A DNA stretch of 64,000 bases from Camelus dromedarius (taxonomy: Eukaryota). Below are positions 25,840-38,800 of this stretch, in pieces (the stretch's first letter is position 1; every line of letters begins with the position of its first letter). The translations under genes were made by a program, and so were the position numbers. The stretch covers positions 55,554,001 through 55,618,000 of the forward strand of contig NC_087436.1 in assembly GCF_036321535.1 (NCBI RefSeq), read 5' to 3'. The notes beneath the pieces were generated by a model, which saw only the letters and a program-made list of their open reading frames with translations, was not told the DNA's origin and did not search any database.

Positions 25840-26640
25840 CATAGTGTATTCTCTCCTGCTTTAAAATTCTTTAGTGGCTCCTCACTGCTATCACAAAGTT
25901 TCAGCCCCTTATGGAAACATGCAAGGCTTCTAGAATTTGGCCTTTGCCTAACTCACCAGTTTTTATGTTTTACTTTCCCTTAAAGTTCAGCACTTCAGAA
26001 CTGTGTGTGGTTCTCTTCAAGGGTTAAACTCTCCCCTGTTCTTTGCCCTGTCTTATCTTCTGGCCCAAGACACTTCAAAGCTTCAGTTCCTGTCATGCCT
26101 CCTGTTTGAAAAATTCCCTGAACGAAACCTCTTACCACAGCCTTCTTTTCTTGCAAAGCATCCTTTTCATATCTTTTACATAGCACTGTATTATGATTTT
26201 CTCTGAAAGTCTAAAATTGTGAATAGGAGTTTATACAAGCTTCAGAGTCAGGTAGGCAGAAATTATCATCCAAGCTTTGTCATTTAAAAGTTGTGTGACC
26301 TTGGGTAATTGACCTAACTTCTCTGATTCACTGCTAAAATGGGGGTAATAATACTTAATATTATATGATAGTAATAATAGTATATGGTGTTGTGAGGCTT
26401 AAATGAGTTATAGAAAGAATGGGGACAGGCCATGACTCAAAGTAGGTGTCAATAAATAAAAAGTAGATACTATCATCATGATTGTTTTTGCTATTATTAT
26501 TATTTTTCTCTTTCCTCCATAGGATGTGAGATCTTTGACACAAACTGTAGTTCTTATTTTTGCATCACCTAAGGGGGATGCTTTGACCAAATACACTATA
26601 TGTATGCTTAATGCTTAGATAATTAAATGAATGAATGAGT
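25840..26640 (+). mobile_element. LINE-2 3' part, interrupted by a MIR
   Basis: ctcctgctttaaaattctttagtggctcc...; ends taaatgaatgaatgagt. Confidence 0.7.
26225..26500 (+). mobile_element. MIR SINE nested in L2
   Basis: tgtgtgaccttgggtaattgacctaacttctctg...aaaatgggggtaataatac...gttgtgaggcttaaatgag. Confidence 0.88.
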
Positions 26641-29600
26641 GGGACCACTAGAAATGAGCAAATGACAAATTATAATTTGTCCCATACAGAGGAGAAGAGA
26701 ATCATCAATTATCTTTTCTTCCCAGAAATTACATACCTACAGCATCACTGTGTATTGTTGCTGAGCAAAATCTCCCATGATCTAAACGTGGGAAGTTGTT
26801 TGCAAGTGGAGGACCTTAAATTTCATACACTGAATGCAGCCATCTCTTTAAAGATAATCCGAAATGGATTGTGCTGTTACTGGTACTGTGAACTACAGCA
26901 TTCATGAGGCCAGCGCTCTCTCTGTCCTGACACTGAGATTCAGACTGCAGAGTCTGAAGTGAGAGGAGTAAGTGTCGCTGTGTCAGGGGCTACGGGCCAT
27001 GGGATGAGGTAAGGAAGGGTACTTTTGAAGAACGAGCTATCCAGTGGCACACAAACAAACAGACCAAATAGAAGCTGAGAAGAACTGGTGACAATAAGAA
27101 AGATGGGAGAGCCTCCAAATCCAAATGGCCCCGTTTCCTAGCATTTTATTTAAAAGGTTTCAACTGTGGCATTCATGATGTTGACACTGACTTATCTGAA
27201 CAAGTTAAAAGTATTCTGAGACTGTAATTCCTCCCTCTTAGGTGGCCAAATTATTGAGCAGTCTAGTTTAATTCTGGTAAACATTTTCCCGGTGAGGATT
27301 GCTAACATTCCCACTGGACAAACTGGAGAAGCCACCGAAGGCCAGATAGATATTCCACTGTAAATAAATTGACACTGCCGTTTATCACTAGTCCCCTGAG
27401 AGTTTAGTCAGCGTTGAATCCACAGAGCCTATAAGCCCTGGTAGAGCTCAGAAAAATTGAATTTGGGAATCTATGAGAGTGAGTAGTCCCCGAAGTAGAA
27501 GCACACACAACAAAACCAGCAGTCTCCTTCCTGCCAACTTCCCCTCCTCTTCCAGCTTAAGGAAATCACACACATCATCATCATTATCCTCATCATCCTA
27601 CTTTAATTAAACCACTACCTCTAATACGTGTACCATACACATGACCTTCAATGCCAAGCTCCTGTAACAAAATGCCTGACTGGCGCGGTGAGCAAGTTAC
27701 AGCTGTGTCTGAGGCCGGCTGCTCAAGGACATACATTACATCAGAAAGCCTCTTAAGAGAATTAAAGTGCAGTGCAGAAGAAATGGCCACCGTCTTCAGC
27801 ATACTAGTGACAGCCCATGACACCAAATGCAGCCCACTCTTCGAGATTCCCACCATGGAAGGGAAGGCTGTGGGTTATAGTTTGCTTGCTTCTATCATTA
27901 CAGGTCAGTCTGTCTCAAACTCTTCCCAGGGAGGAAGACAATGAAGGCTGTTTTCCTTGGGGCCAATCACTTTTAGAGCCCAGGCTATGAGCTCTCCACC
28001 AGCTCTTGTTCTCAAAATCCCATTCTGGTTTCAGTTGTTTTATTGATTCTTTGGGCACTAAAGGCAGGGCAAATAATTCATTTGGTTTTCCTCTATTTGC
28101 TTCTGTATATCTCCTTTAATATCTTCTGCTGTTACCTCAAGGCAGATGCACCACCCCAAATACTTCGGTGAAAATAAAACGGCGTAATTTCTCAGAATAT
28201 TTTTGAAATGCATTCCTGTTTATTTTTCATTAAAAATCTGATTTTCCATGCTCTTCAAAAAAGAACAACTCCACAATGACATCTCAAGTTTGCCCAAAGA
28301 GCAGACTTTGAATAAAGTCACTGTCAAGTTACATTCATCTAAAAGCTGTAAAATAGCTTATTCACTCTTATCAGGGAGGCTTTCTTTTGAAATCAGAAAT
28401 TCTAACAAAGAATTTTTGTGAAGGTGACTATTGTATCTAATACCGGAGCATATTGCTTGCTTTGGGGGATCATAACCGAGACAAGACTCTAATTGACTGG
28501 CCCCAAATCATCTCACCCCTTATGAGGATAGGATAAATAGCCGGTTGGTTGGCCCCACCTTTAGGTATGAAATTGATCTTCTTGTTGACGTGGCCCTGCT
28601 GTCCTGTCAACTCTCCTGGAGTGACGTCCTGGAGAAGCAAACTTGCCTGAAATGCACCTTCGTGTCAAATTAGCATGTGGCAGAGCACATGGAGTGACAA
28701 CTAGATGACTGGTTTCTCAGACCTGAGAAGATGCAAGAAAAAAGATCTGCAGAAGAGGCAGATCTCTCATTGAAAAGGCAGATGCCCAGCTCACACTGTG
28801 TCCCAGTAGACTGGTGCTGGCAAAGACGACTGTCTTGACTGAAAAGAACACTGCCAAGAAACTGACCTTAGGGGGAATGGGAGAGCACAGAGCATGGTAT
28901 TTACATTTCTTTGAAGTCTCTTTCAAGTTTTGAAAATCACTCCTAAAAATACACTCAACTGTGACTAGAAATATATTTTCTATTCACTTAGAATGGTTTT
29001 GAGGTAGAAGATGCACTGAAAAAAACACATTAAGTCTGTCCCATCCCTATATTCTCCAATTTTTTAACACAGCCTGCCTAAAGTAAAGCAATCCAAGAGA
29101 CAGTAATATTAAATATATGCATTTAGGTTTCCTTCTTATCTCTTCCTCAATTTAGTAGCTTAGAGTCTTACTGAAAACTATGCTAAACCCACAGTATATT
29201 TTGGTATCCCAGACACTCTGAAGAGAGAGCAATAATCCCTTCTAATTCTTTCTTTAATTTGCAACCATTGGTAAGTATTTCAGCATTATACCCCTTTACC
29301 ACACAACTGTCAGCAAAGAACACTTTGAAGATAGCTTATAATCCTTTATGTGAGTGACAGGTTGTTTCAGCGCTTTTTATTTGAATCAATTGTAAAATCC
29401 CACCAATCAGAAATCTAATTCTGTCTCAAAGAACTGAATTTTAATATATTAAATATTAAAATAGAGAACACTTTGTCAGAAGAAAATATATACAAAATGC
29501 CCAAACATATAAGCATTCATGTAGTGAGATTATCAATGAGTATTTCAGAGGTTTTAGTTTTTATTTCTGTAGCAGGGGGCTATGATGTTCTTTATAAACC

Positions 29601-30169
29601 TCTTACTAAAACTTTAGTCCACATAAACTTGTTTTAGAGTGTTTCTGTCCTTTACCACCAAATGATGGCTCATTTCCATAGCATCTAATATTTACAACTA
29701 TAAATGCCCTCATGGATGAACCTAGCTTTTCAAGCACTAACAGAGCTACTCTGAACTTCATTCACTAAACTCCATCTCACGAAAACTGACCTTTACTTAC
29801 ATGATATTCTGTAATTCAGCTACCATATCTCAGTCATTGTCAACCTTCTGCTGAAACATACTAGGAGTTCAGTTTATGTATATTGAACTATAATGAACCA
29901 TAGCGTCTGGACTTTTTCAGTTGTCCCACTATGTGTTCACCTTTGTCTTCCCCTTTTCTCCCAACTAGTAAGGATTCTAAGACAAGCATTTCATCAATAT
30001 ATTGAACAGTCTAAAAACCAATGTCATTTTAAGTCTCTATGTTCTCCTCATCAATCCCTAGTCAAGGTCATTCCTGTCTACTTTCTCTTATTTTACTTAA
30101 AAGCTGTGAAATATTAGCCAGGGATATTAAAAACAACAATAAAACAAAACCTCTGTGCTGCCATCATAT

Positions 30170-30325
30170 AACATGCTTTAGACTCAGGGAGACTTGGGCA
30201 TAAATCCAGCTCTGCTACTAGTTAACTATTTGGCCTTTCTCAGATAACTGAAGTTATCTGAGCCTCAATTTCCTCACCTATAAAATCAGAAGGTTATCTT
30301 CAGTTCTGGAGTCTTTGTGTGAATT
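30170..30325 (+). mobile_element. MIR fragment
   Basis: ccagctctgctacta...tctgagcctcaatttcctcacctataaaat. Confidence 0.8.
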
Positions 30326-32041
30326 ACAAAGTCACATTACCTGGGCTTCACTTTACTCAAAGTGAAATCACTTTGCTTGAAAAAGAGAGACATAACATAA
30401 ATGGAATGAATGATCCTATCAGCCATTCTACCAAATCAGTCTCTGCCCCAGAGTAAGCAGGACATGGGGGATGTAAGTCAATTAATCTTACTCAAAGATA
30501 CTTTTTCATGCAACATCTTTCCAAAATGCAAGCTTCCAATTCCAAACAGAAATAGCAATCTGTTTCAGTGCTGAAGGGAAACCTGGCTGTATTATATTTA
30601 AGGAGAAGCAGTTGATTCATCCTTACTTAGAAATTCTCAAACAATATATTTGAGTATATAAAGTGCTCACCATACTGGCAGACTTGGAACCTAACACTTG
30701 TGAACTACACTACTTTGTTGTACTCTATAATAATGTTTGTAAATTTCCTTGTCCACCACGTCTCACATCTGAATGGCGTTCAATCACGTTAAGTGATTAT
30801 TAGTCATCATTTTATGACTACAATGAAATAGCACAGCTGCTAAATATTTTTAGCTACTTAATGGCTTACCTTGTCCCTTACAGTGGTTCTTCCAAATCTT
30901 TCCACTTTGCTCAAGTCCTATATTCATTCCTCCCTTTTCATTTGTAGCAGATACTCAATTTCCACTGTTATTCCTCAAATTAAGGTTATCCAGTATAAAT
31001 ATACCTTTCTCATTTTTTTTCCATGTAAAAGCATCCTGTTATATTTAAACTCCCTCTCTTCCTTTGGCCAGTCTTTGAAGAAAGATACATCTTCCCCAAT
31101 TAAAGGCTAAGACTTCACCCATTCTTAAAGCTCTTGTTCTATGCACTTTCATAATTTATGATTTGATCTTGATGAAATTTGAAATTGTAATGGAGTGATC
31201 ATAGTTTTGTTACACAAAAATGGAATCAGGGGGCCAGCCATTGAAGATCTGGTCTCAGACATATCCCTTTACCACTGAGAACCTGAATTTTCTCTGAATG
31301 ATGTCAAACTGAAGGATACCACCAGCCATTTTCAAAACAATACCTGCTAGCAGCTGCTAGCTGCAACCTTGTAGTTTCAAAGTTCTCCCCACTTCACAGC
31401 TGTGTAATCATTTCAAACCCCAACCATTCCTTGCTTAAGGAGCATCCTTAGTTCTTGCCAGGTCCAATCCTAATTCTTGACCACAGCACCTCTTTATTTC
31501 AATCAGGTCTCCATTTCTGAAATTCTGGTTAACGGTCTCTATTGTATTTCTCTATTTGAATCCATCATCAGATTATCTCGGTCCTGATAACCAACTTTCT
31601 TCGATCCTGCTAGGAAGGAAGGAATAGCCGCTGCTCTATAGCCCACTCTCTCTATCTTGGCAAACATGGGAAAGGACTCTGGACAAAGAAAGAAATGGCC
31701 TGGGCAAATTTCCTTGCAAACACACTAACCAAACCTCTTTGGTGGTAAAATGATTTTAGCAGAATATATGTATTTTATCTATGTCAGATTTCTCTCACTT
31801 TGTCTGCTGGAATTCATCTGTGTCAGCTATATAATCATCACAGTATAAAATTATTACAATATAAACTGGAAATGGTTTGTAATCAAAGTAGTCCCCTTTG
31901 TGTGAGTGATGCCATGCATGCATGGCTCGGATACCCCATATGTTAAATCTGGGCTGGAGTGCACTTCAGTGAAGGAATACATCATTTTTCAGACTTCTGC
32001 ATTCTTTCTCTGTGGCTTGTGATTACCTGTTTCCTTTCAAT

Positions 32042-32196
32042 CAGGGGTCAGTAAACAATAGCCCATACACTAAAGAGTTGTTTAAAAAAATAATAAACAA
32101 AAATGTGTGACACAGGCCATGTGTGGCCTGCAAAAAGTAAAGTATTTACTATCTGGCTATTTACAGAAAAAAAAAAAAAAAACTTGCCAACCTCTT
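32042..32196 (+). mobile_element. hAT-Charlie MITE (MER58A-like)
   Basis: TIRs caggggtcagtaaac / aacttgccaacctctt; internal aaagtatttactatctggc; 8-bp TSD ctttcaat/atttcaac. Confidence 0.85.
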
Positions 32197-32483
32197 ATTT
32201 CAACTATTAGTCAGATTTGGTCTCTGGGCAAGATCTCTGCATTTTGTGAGTCTTACTTGAAAATTGACCCATTTTGCTATCAAGACTGCTACCCTCACTA
32301 AACTATAAAAAACTTCTTAAAAAAGAAGCAAGAGTCAGCATCTTGAGTTTAATGTACCCATAAATATAATAATCTTGTTCACCCAGAAATAGATCAACTC
32401 ATACATAGTAATATGATTTTCAACAAAGATGCCAAAACCTCCAACAGGAAAAGTCTTTTCAACAATGAAGTTGGAATAAATGG

Positions 32484-32890
32484 TGTGATGGTTAATTTTG
32501 TGTCAACTTGAGTGGACCACAGAGTGCCCAGAAATGTGGTCAACTATTTTCTGGGTGTGTCTGTGAGGGTGTTTCTGGATGGTATTAACATTTGAATTGG
32601 TAGAGTGAGTAAAGCAGATTTTCCTGCTAATATAGGTGGGCCTTATCCAATCAGTCAAAGACCTGAATAGAACAGAAGGCTGAGTAAGATGGAAGTCCAC
32701 CTGCCTTATTGAGGGGCTTCAGTCTTCTCCTGCCCTTGTACTGGAACTTACACTGTCACTTCTGCTGACACTCAGGCCTTCGGACTCAGACTGCAACTAC
32801 ACCACTGGCTCTCCTGGGTCTCCAGCTTGTCAACTGCACATCTTAGGACTTCTCAGCCTGTGTAATCACATGACCCAATTTCACGTGATT
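32484..32890 (+). mobile_element. ERVL MLT2 LTR (MLT2D-like, 3'-truncated)
   Basis: tgtgatggttaattttgtgtcaacttgagtgg...ctgggtgtgtctgtgagggtgtttctgga. Confidence 0.9.
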
Positions 32891-34017
32891 ATGAAGAAAG
32901 AAAAATACATGAAAAATATATCTGAGAAAATATTGATATTCAGGATATATAAAGAATTCCTCCAGCTCAAAATGAAAAGATAATGCAATTAAAAAAAAAA
33001 ACTAAGCCAACATATTTAACAGACACTTTATAAAAGGCAAAATGTGAATGGCCAATAAGCACATATGAACGTGTTCAACATCACTATCACTAGGGAAACT
33101 CAAATTCAAAAGTAGAGACACAGAGAGTACTACACACTCACCAGAATGGCTAACATTTAAGCCGACTGATAACAACAAATGGGAATGAGAATGCAGAGCG
33201 GTCAGTGTTCTCAAACAGTGTTGGTGAGAGTGTAAAATGGTACAAGCACTTTGAAAAAAAATCTGGCATTTTCTTTCAAAACTAAATATACATTTACCCA
33301 GCAAGGCTGACCCTCCATTGTTACCTAAGAGAAAAGAAAATATGTTACAAGAAAACTTATGTATCTTGTTCATAACAGCTTTATTCATAATAGTTAAAAA
33401 CTAGAAATGACCCAGCTTTCTGTCAGTAGGCTAGTTGGTGAAGAAACTATGATGTACTCGTACAACAGCATACCATTCCGCATGAAAACAGAAATGAACT
33501 ACTAAAAAACCCAATCACACAGATACATCTCAGAAACACTATACTCAGTGAAAGAAGTCCTGCACAAAAGAGTGTATATTGTGTTGTTCCATTTATGTGA
33601 CGTTCTAGAGCAGGCGCATCTAATCAATGGTAGAAAATCATTGGGGCAACGGATGCCAGAGGCCAGAATGATGGAGCAGGGATTAACCTGAGAGGGCATG
33701 GGGGAACTTTCTGGGATGATAGTAATGTTCTCTGTCTTGGTTGAGGGTTGGTTTACACTGATGTATGCATTGCCAAATTCATTGAATTGCACACTTAAGA
33801 TTTGTGTGTTTAATGATATGTAAAGTTTACATAAAAAGTAACAAATTTTGATCATGATAAAGTATTTAGGGGAAAGTTAATGGCTCTCTGCAATTCTTTC
33901 TTAAATGCATCCAAAGTAAGATGTTTGAATAAATGGATAAAAGAATGGAATCACATTTATATTTGATAAAACAAATATAAAACATTAGTGGTAGATACAA
34001 AGTGATGAGTATACAGG

Positions 34018-34428
34018 TGTTAGGGACTGAATATCTGTATCCTGCCCAGATTCATATGTTGAGGCTGTAACCCCCAATGTGACTATATTTAAAAAGAGGG
34101 CCTACAAAAAGTAATGAAAGTTAAATGAGGTCAAAAGGGCAGGGCCCTAATCTAATAGGATTAGTGTCCTTATAAGAAGAGACACCAGAGATTGCACTCT
34201 TGAATTCCTTCACTCTCTCTCTCTCTCATTCTGTCCATGTAAGTGTAAAAAGAGGTCATGTGAGGGTGACAGTTGTCTTCAAGCCAGGAACAGAGCCCTC
34301 ACCAGAAACGGAAATCAGCTGAACCTTAATCTTGGACTCCCAGTCTCCACAACTGGAAAAATAAGTCCCATTCTTTAAGCCACTTAGTCTGTGGGATTTT
34401 GTTATGGCAGCTCAAGCAGTTTAATATG
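34018..34428 (+). mobile_element. MaLR solo LTR (MLT1A-like) inserted in the L1 3'UTR
   Basis: tgttagggactgaat...ttgttatggcagctcaagcag; perfect 5-bp TSD acagg at 34013-34017 and 34429-34433. Confidence 0.92.
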
Positions 34429-34519
34429 ACAGGTGTTTGTTATATTATTCTTTTAACTCTGTTATATGTTTCAAATTTTTCATATGAAAAAGACTAAAAG
34501 TTAGCCAAAATATCATGGG

Positions 34520-34785
34520 GATAATGATTAAGAGCATTACCTTTGGAAGCATAAAGAACTAGGCTCTAACTTTAGGTCTGCAACTTGCTAATTGGGTGAA
34601 AATAAGCTCATTATTTAACCTATCCTATCCTCCTTCTCTCATCTAAAAATGGGGATCATAATAAAACACTGCTCTCTGGATTTGATGTAAGCATGAAACA
34701 AAGTATCACACCTGCTAGCACCTAGCAAAATACCTGAGACATATTAAGTGCCCAGTTAACATTTGCGCTAATAATATTTTTTAAC
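34520..34785 (+). mobile_element. MIR SINE, near full length
   Basis: taatgattaagagca...ctcatctaaaaatggggatcataata. Confidence 0.8.
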
Positions 34786-35149
34786 TATCATCTTGCAGAT
34801 ATTTAATATTACATTGTAGATTTTTACTACTTCCTTGAAATAAATGAGAAACAATATGTGAAGTACTGCACTTGGCTGATTTTCAAGTTAATATATGTCC
34901 TTTCATTTCTACTCTTCAATGCTATCACATAACCAATCATTTGTCAATACTTTCTCATCAACTCTCAAGGTTAAAAAAATGGACTATTAAAATGCAAATA
35001 ACAGGATAATTTGTTCACAAAGTATTTTAAAGACCATTTAATTTATTTTTTAATAAGCTGAACAAAATTGACTTCTATTACTATAGTAATTTAATTAATT
35101 CTACTGAAATTGGCAAGATTCTTAGGTATGCTTTTTAAATGATAAAGTA

Positions 35150-35890
35150 AGAAAGTATAAATAAAAATATAAAAATTCTATAAACTCTGTATATAGAATA
35201 TGTGCATGTTTTAAAGATAAATAAAATAAATAAGTGTATAACCACCATCTAACAGAAATTTTACCATTACTGTGAAGCTCTCTTGAATTACTCCCTAGTC
35301 AAATGCATGCTCTTCTCATTCTCCAACCCTTCCAAGAAGTAACCTCTAGGGCAGATTTGCAGGTAGTTATCCTCTTAGGGCTTTAGAGCACAATGAATAA
35401 CCACAACCTCATGGGCCAGCCTGCTGGATTTAAATCCTGGATCTTTTACTTTACAGCTATTTGATTTAGGGATGTTATTTAATCTCTCTGCATGTTATTT
35501 TCCATCTTTAAATGTGAATCATAATAGTAAAAATACATATTGTATTTTTGAAAAGTATCTGGCTTATACTAAGAGCTTTAGATATATTTCTGTTACTATC
35601 TTGCTTTTCTACTTATTTTAATATGTTTTTATGGATCTCTATAAAATATATTTCTAAATTTCAGCTAGTTTTGACATTTACAGATATAGACTTCTACTAT
35701 ATGTCCTAAGGTATAATTTGCTCTTATCTTTCAACAAAAATTTTAGAAATTCTGCCAGTACATGATTTTTCATTTTCACTGTTATATAATATTCCACTGT
35801 ATGATACATGGCTATGTAATTATCCATTCTCCTGTTGTTAAATGTTTGGGCTATTTCCAAATTTTTTTATTTCACACAGTGATGCTCAAC
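35150..35890 (-). mobile_element. L1ME 3' fragment with a nested sense MIR (~35385-35600)
   Basis: tgtataaccaccatc...ataatattccactgtatga...ttatccattctcctgttg...tttgggctatttcca. Confidence 0.65.
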
Positions 35891-38800
35891 TCAGGTCATT
35901 TAAGGCAAAGTCTAGACAGACTGTGTCCATGTGGATGGGTCAGCATCATCTATCAATGTCTTCTCAATTAATGTGGAACAGTAGTAAGTTACTGAATCAC
36001 AGTTCTCTTTCCTATTTAAATCCTTCTGTATTGACCATCTATTTAGCAATCTTTCTCCATAAAAGTGTTTAAAAAAACTTTATTACTCTGCAAAGAGTTA
36101 TGGATTTTCAATTTGCTTTTTATTAAAACCAGTTTTATTTTCATGAAAATGACCAAAGAAGTCACAATTAAATTGCTATTACTGAATTAGCCAGACATAT
36201 TTTGAACGTATTGAACAAATTTATCCTTCATGAATGACCATATTTTAATCAACACCAGGTTCCTAAATGTTTGTTTCTGCATGGCTAGAGCCTGGCTGAA
36301 GGATCACTGTGTCTAATGAATAAATCCATTAAGATCCTGTCAATAACATAGAGAAATGTTTTATTTGCTTTACTAACAGCCTATAGAAGAAAAGCCTTCA
36401 ATATCTTTGTCTAAGCTAATGGGCTAGCATCTGATATATAGAGCAAATGATTTAATCATTATGATAGATGATTCTGAGTTTAGAGTCATAGATTTAAACC
36501 CATTTGGGATTTTACTTTTAGCCATATTATTAGTATACATTGATTATTCTGTTGGGTAATCATTTAATTAGTAAATAGACAACAATTGTTAATAAACTGA
36601 TTCAAGACAGTTCTCAAACTTTGGGAGAGAACTAGTAGTCCTATTTAGTACAAATACATCCTTGAAATCTGAAAATGAAATTTAATGTTGCATTTATGTG
36701 AAAGTTTTTAAAATAATTAATTCCAATAGAAAGAAATATATGCACACACAATTTTGTTATTAGTGAAAATAAAATATCTAATGAGGAAACTTGAAAACAG
36801 TCACATAAATACTTTGATTTATTGTGTTTATTTTGTATCTGAGCCCTTTATCAAAATCCATCAATGCAGCAAAAGCCTATTTTCTAGAATTGGTTCACAT
36901 GATAATTAATCCTGTTGCTCAAATGTAGAAACTCAGTTCTGAGGTACAATGAGAAAAGCCTTACGTTGCTCTGCTTCACAGAACAATTAAACTATCATGT
37001 GTGTTCCCTCAAGAGCTTCCTCTGTTACAAATAACACTGACACCAGAGGAGGGGTTGAACATTGTGGTTAAATGATAATGGATGGTACAAAACGTAAGGC
37101 TATAAAGGTATGAATAAGACATAAGGAAATTGTTCAAAGGCCAGTCCAAGCCCTCTTTGATACAAACCCAGGGGCCCTTCCCTTTCCAATGAGCTCAGTT
37201 AGCCCCTTTGCTTCATGACATCACAAAGTAACTGGTTGAAACTGTGCTTCAAGAGCCTTTTATACACAAGAATTAAATGTCTCATTTAATTTCAGTTACT
37301 GTAAGTGAGCTTCTGAGAAGGAATTGCTGAGTTGTAACACTGAGCTTGAAGCCAGGCTGGCTGGTTAATTCCTAGCTGTTTGAAGTGCTTTCTTCTCTTA
37401 TCTCGAGCTGTGCAGGCTCACTACAGCCTGAGGGGACCTGAGCCTAAGTCTTAGGGAGATTTTTGTCTCCTTTCTACAGAGAGGAATGAAGAACAGATAA
37501 GTGCTGTGGCATAAAACCAATAACATACCAGAAACTTCTTGCCAATTTTGAGAGAGGCATTGGAGTATGGGGCTGATTAGAAAAGCCAAAAAGTCCATAA
37601 TACAGTGTCCTTGTCTCTGACTTTCACTTCACTGGTACACTGTGCAATTTTAATTGAAAATTACTATTGCTAGAAACTAACATTACCCTAAAGATGTCCT
37701 AGTTAGTTCCAGTTGAAGTTTTTACATAAAATGAACATTAGCAGCAATGAGAAAGGAAGGGAGAGGCTGAATATGGTGAGTCATTAAGGCAACGATTAGG
37801 ACACTTTCCCAGATTTTATTGTATAACCTTTTTAAATCCTCATATAATCTACTTTGCAATTCTCAGGAGAGCACTCTTATGATCTTCAAAGCAAAAATAT
37901 GCCCCAGCATGAACTTCCTAATAAACATATCATAGTATATCTTCCTGTTTAAGATAAAAACAGGGTCATTTTTCTGAGGTACTTTAGTGACTACACCCCT
38001 TATATTTTCCTATACACCCATGCATACACCCTGCTCCCCATCTCATGTGCACTTTTACATCTTGGTGCATTTTTGTTTTAAATAGATGTTCACAGGATGA
38101 GCTGGCAACATTAGACCACATAAACAGCCTTTCTTGCCTGCACATGGCAATGCTCCCAGGCCAGAGTAACCAAAATCAGCCATGCAGCCCCTATAAACAG
38201 GCAGCCGCGGCACTGAAGACTCAAACAGCAAACTAAACCATTGCCAAGAACTCACAAGAGCCAGTCGGAATGGCTTAAGCACTTGAGAGAGCAAAACTAT
38301 TAAAACTAAGCTAGCTCAAAGACCATTCCTCTCCAGCTACTGTGTTGTTTGCTCAAATAAGCGTCCAAAGCACAGTCAGAAACTAAGAAAACAAAACACC
38401 TAAGACTGTAAAACAAAGAACTATTGTTTAAACAACTCTTCTCCCTTGAAGACCTAGAAACTGCAATGAATCCAGAGATTCACAGAGAAAAATCTTAAAT
38501 ACATTTTTACTATTGGCATTGTTCTCATAGCCTGCTCACTAAAGTACTTGCTGGTTCTGAGAGGTTTTCATTATTCTGATGAGAGGCTAGGTGATCTTAT
38601 ACTGTACTTCCTGTATAGGTACTTCTAGTGTGGTGCTCACCATAGCAACTGAGCCCTCCAGTTGTGTTATCTGAATGCAGGTTAAATGGGGAAGGAAGCA
38701 TTTCCCTCATCTTCACTTCAGAATTAGGCAAGGTTAAAGTAGTCATGGTTAAGAAACTATACGGATTATGATATTTGGAGATCCAGAATCAATTGACAAA

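Larger units (their letters stand above)
32380..34495 (+). mobile_element. L1MC/MD-like ORF2 end and 3'UTR, hosting two LTR insertions
   Basis: acccagaaataga...gattttcaacaaagatgccaa; atggccaataagcacatatgaacgtgttcaacatcact; ttcataacagctttattcataatag; ends tttcaaatttttcatatgaaaa. Confidence 0.85.

Noticed and set aside
38180..38240. TATA-like ctataaa followed by a short GC-rich patch
   Set aside because: An isolated motif with no supporting exon or ORF; common by chance.
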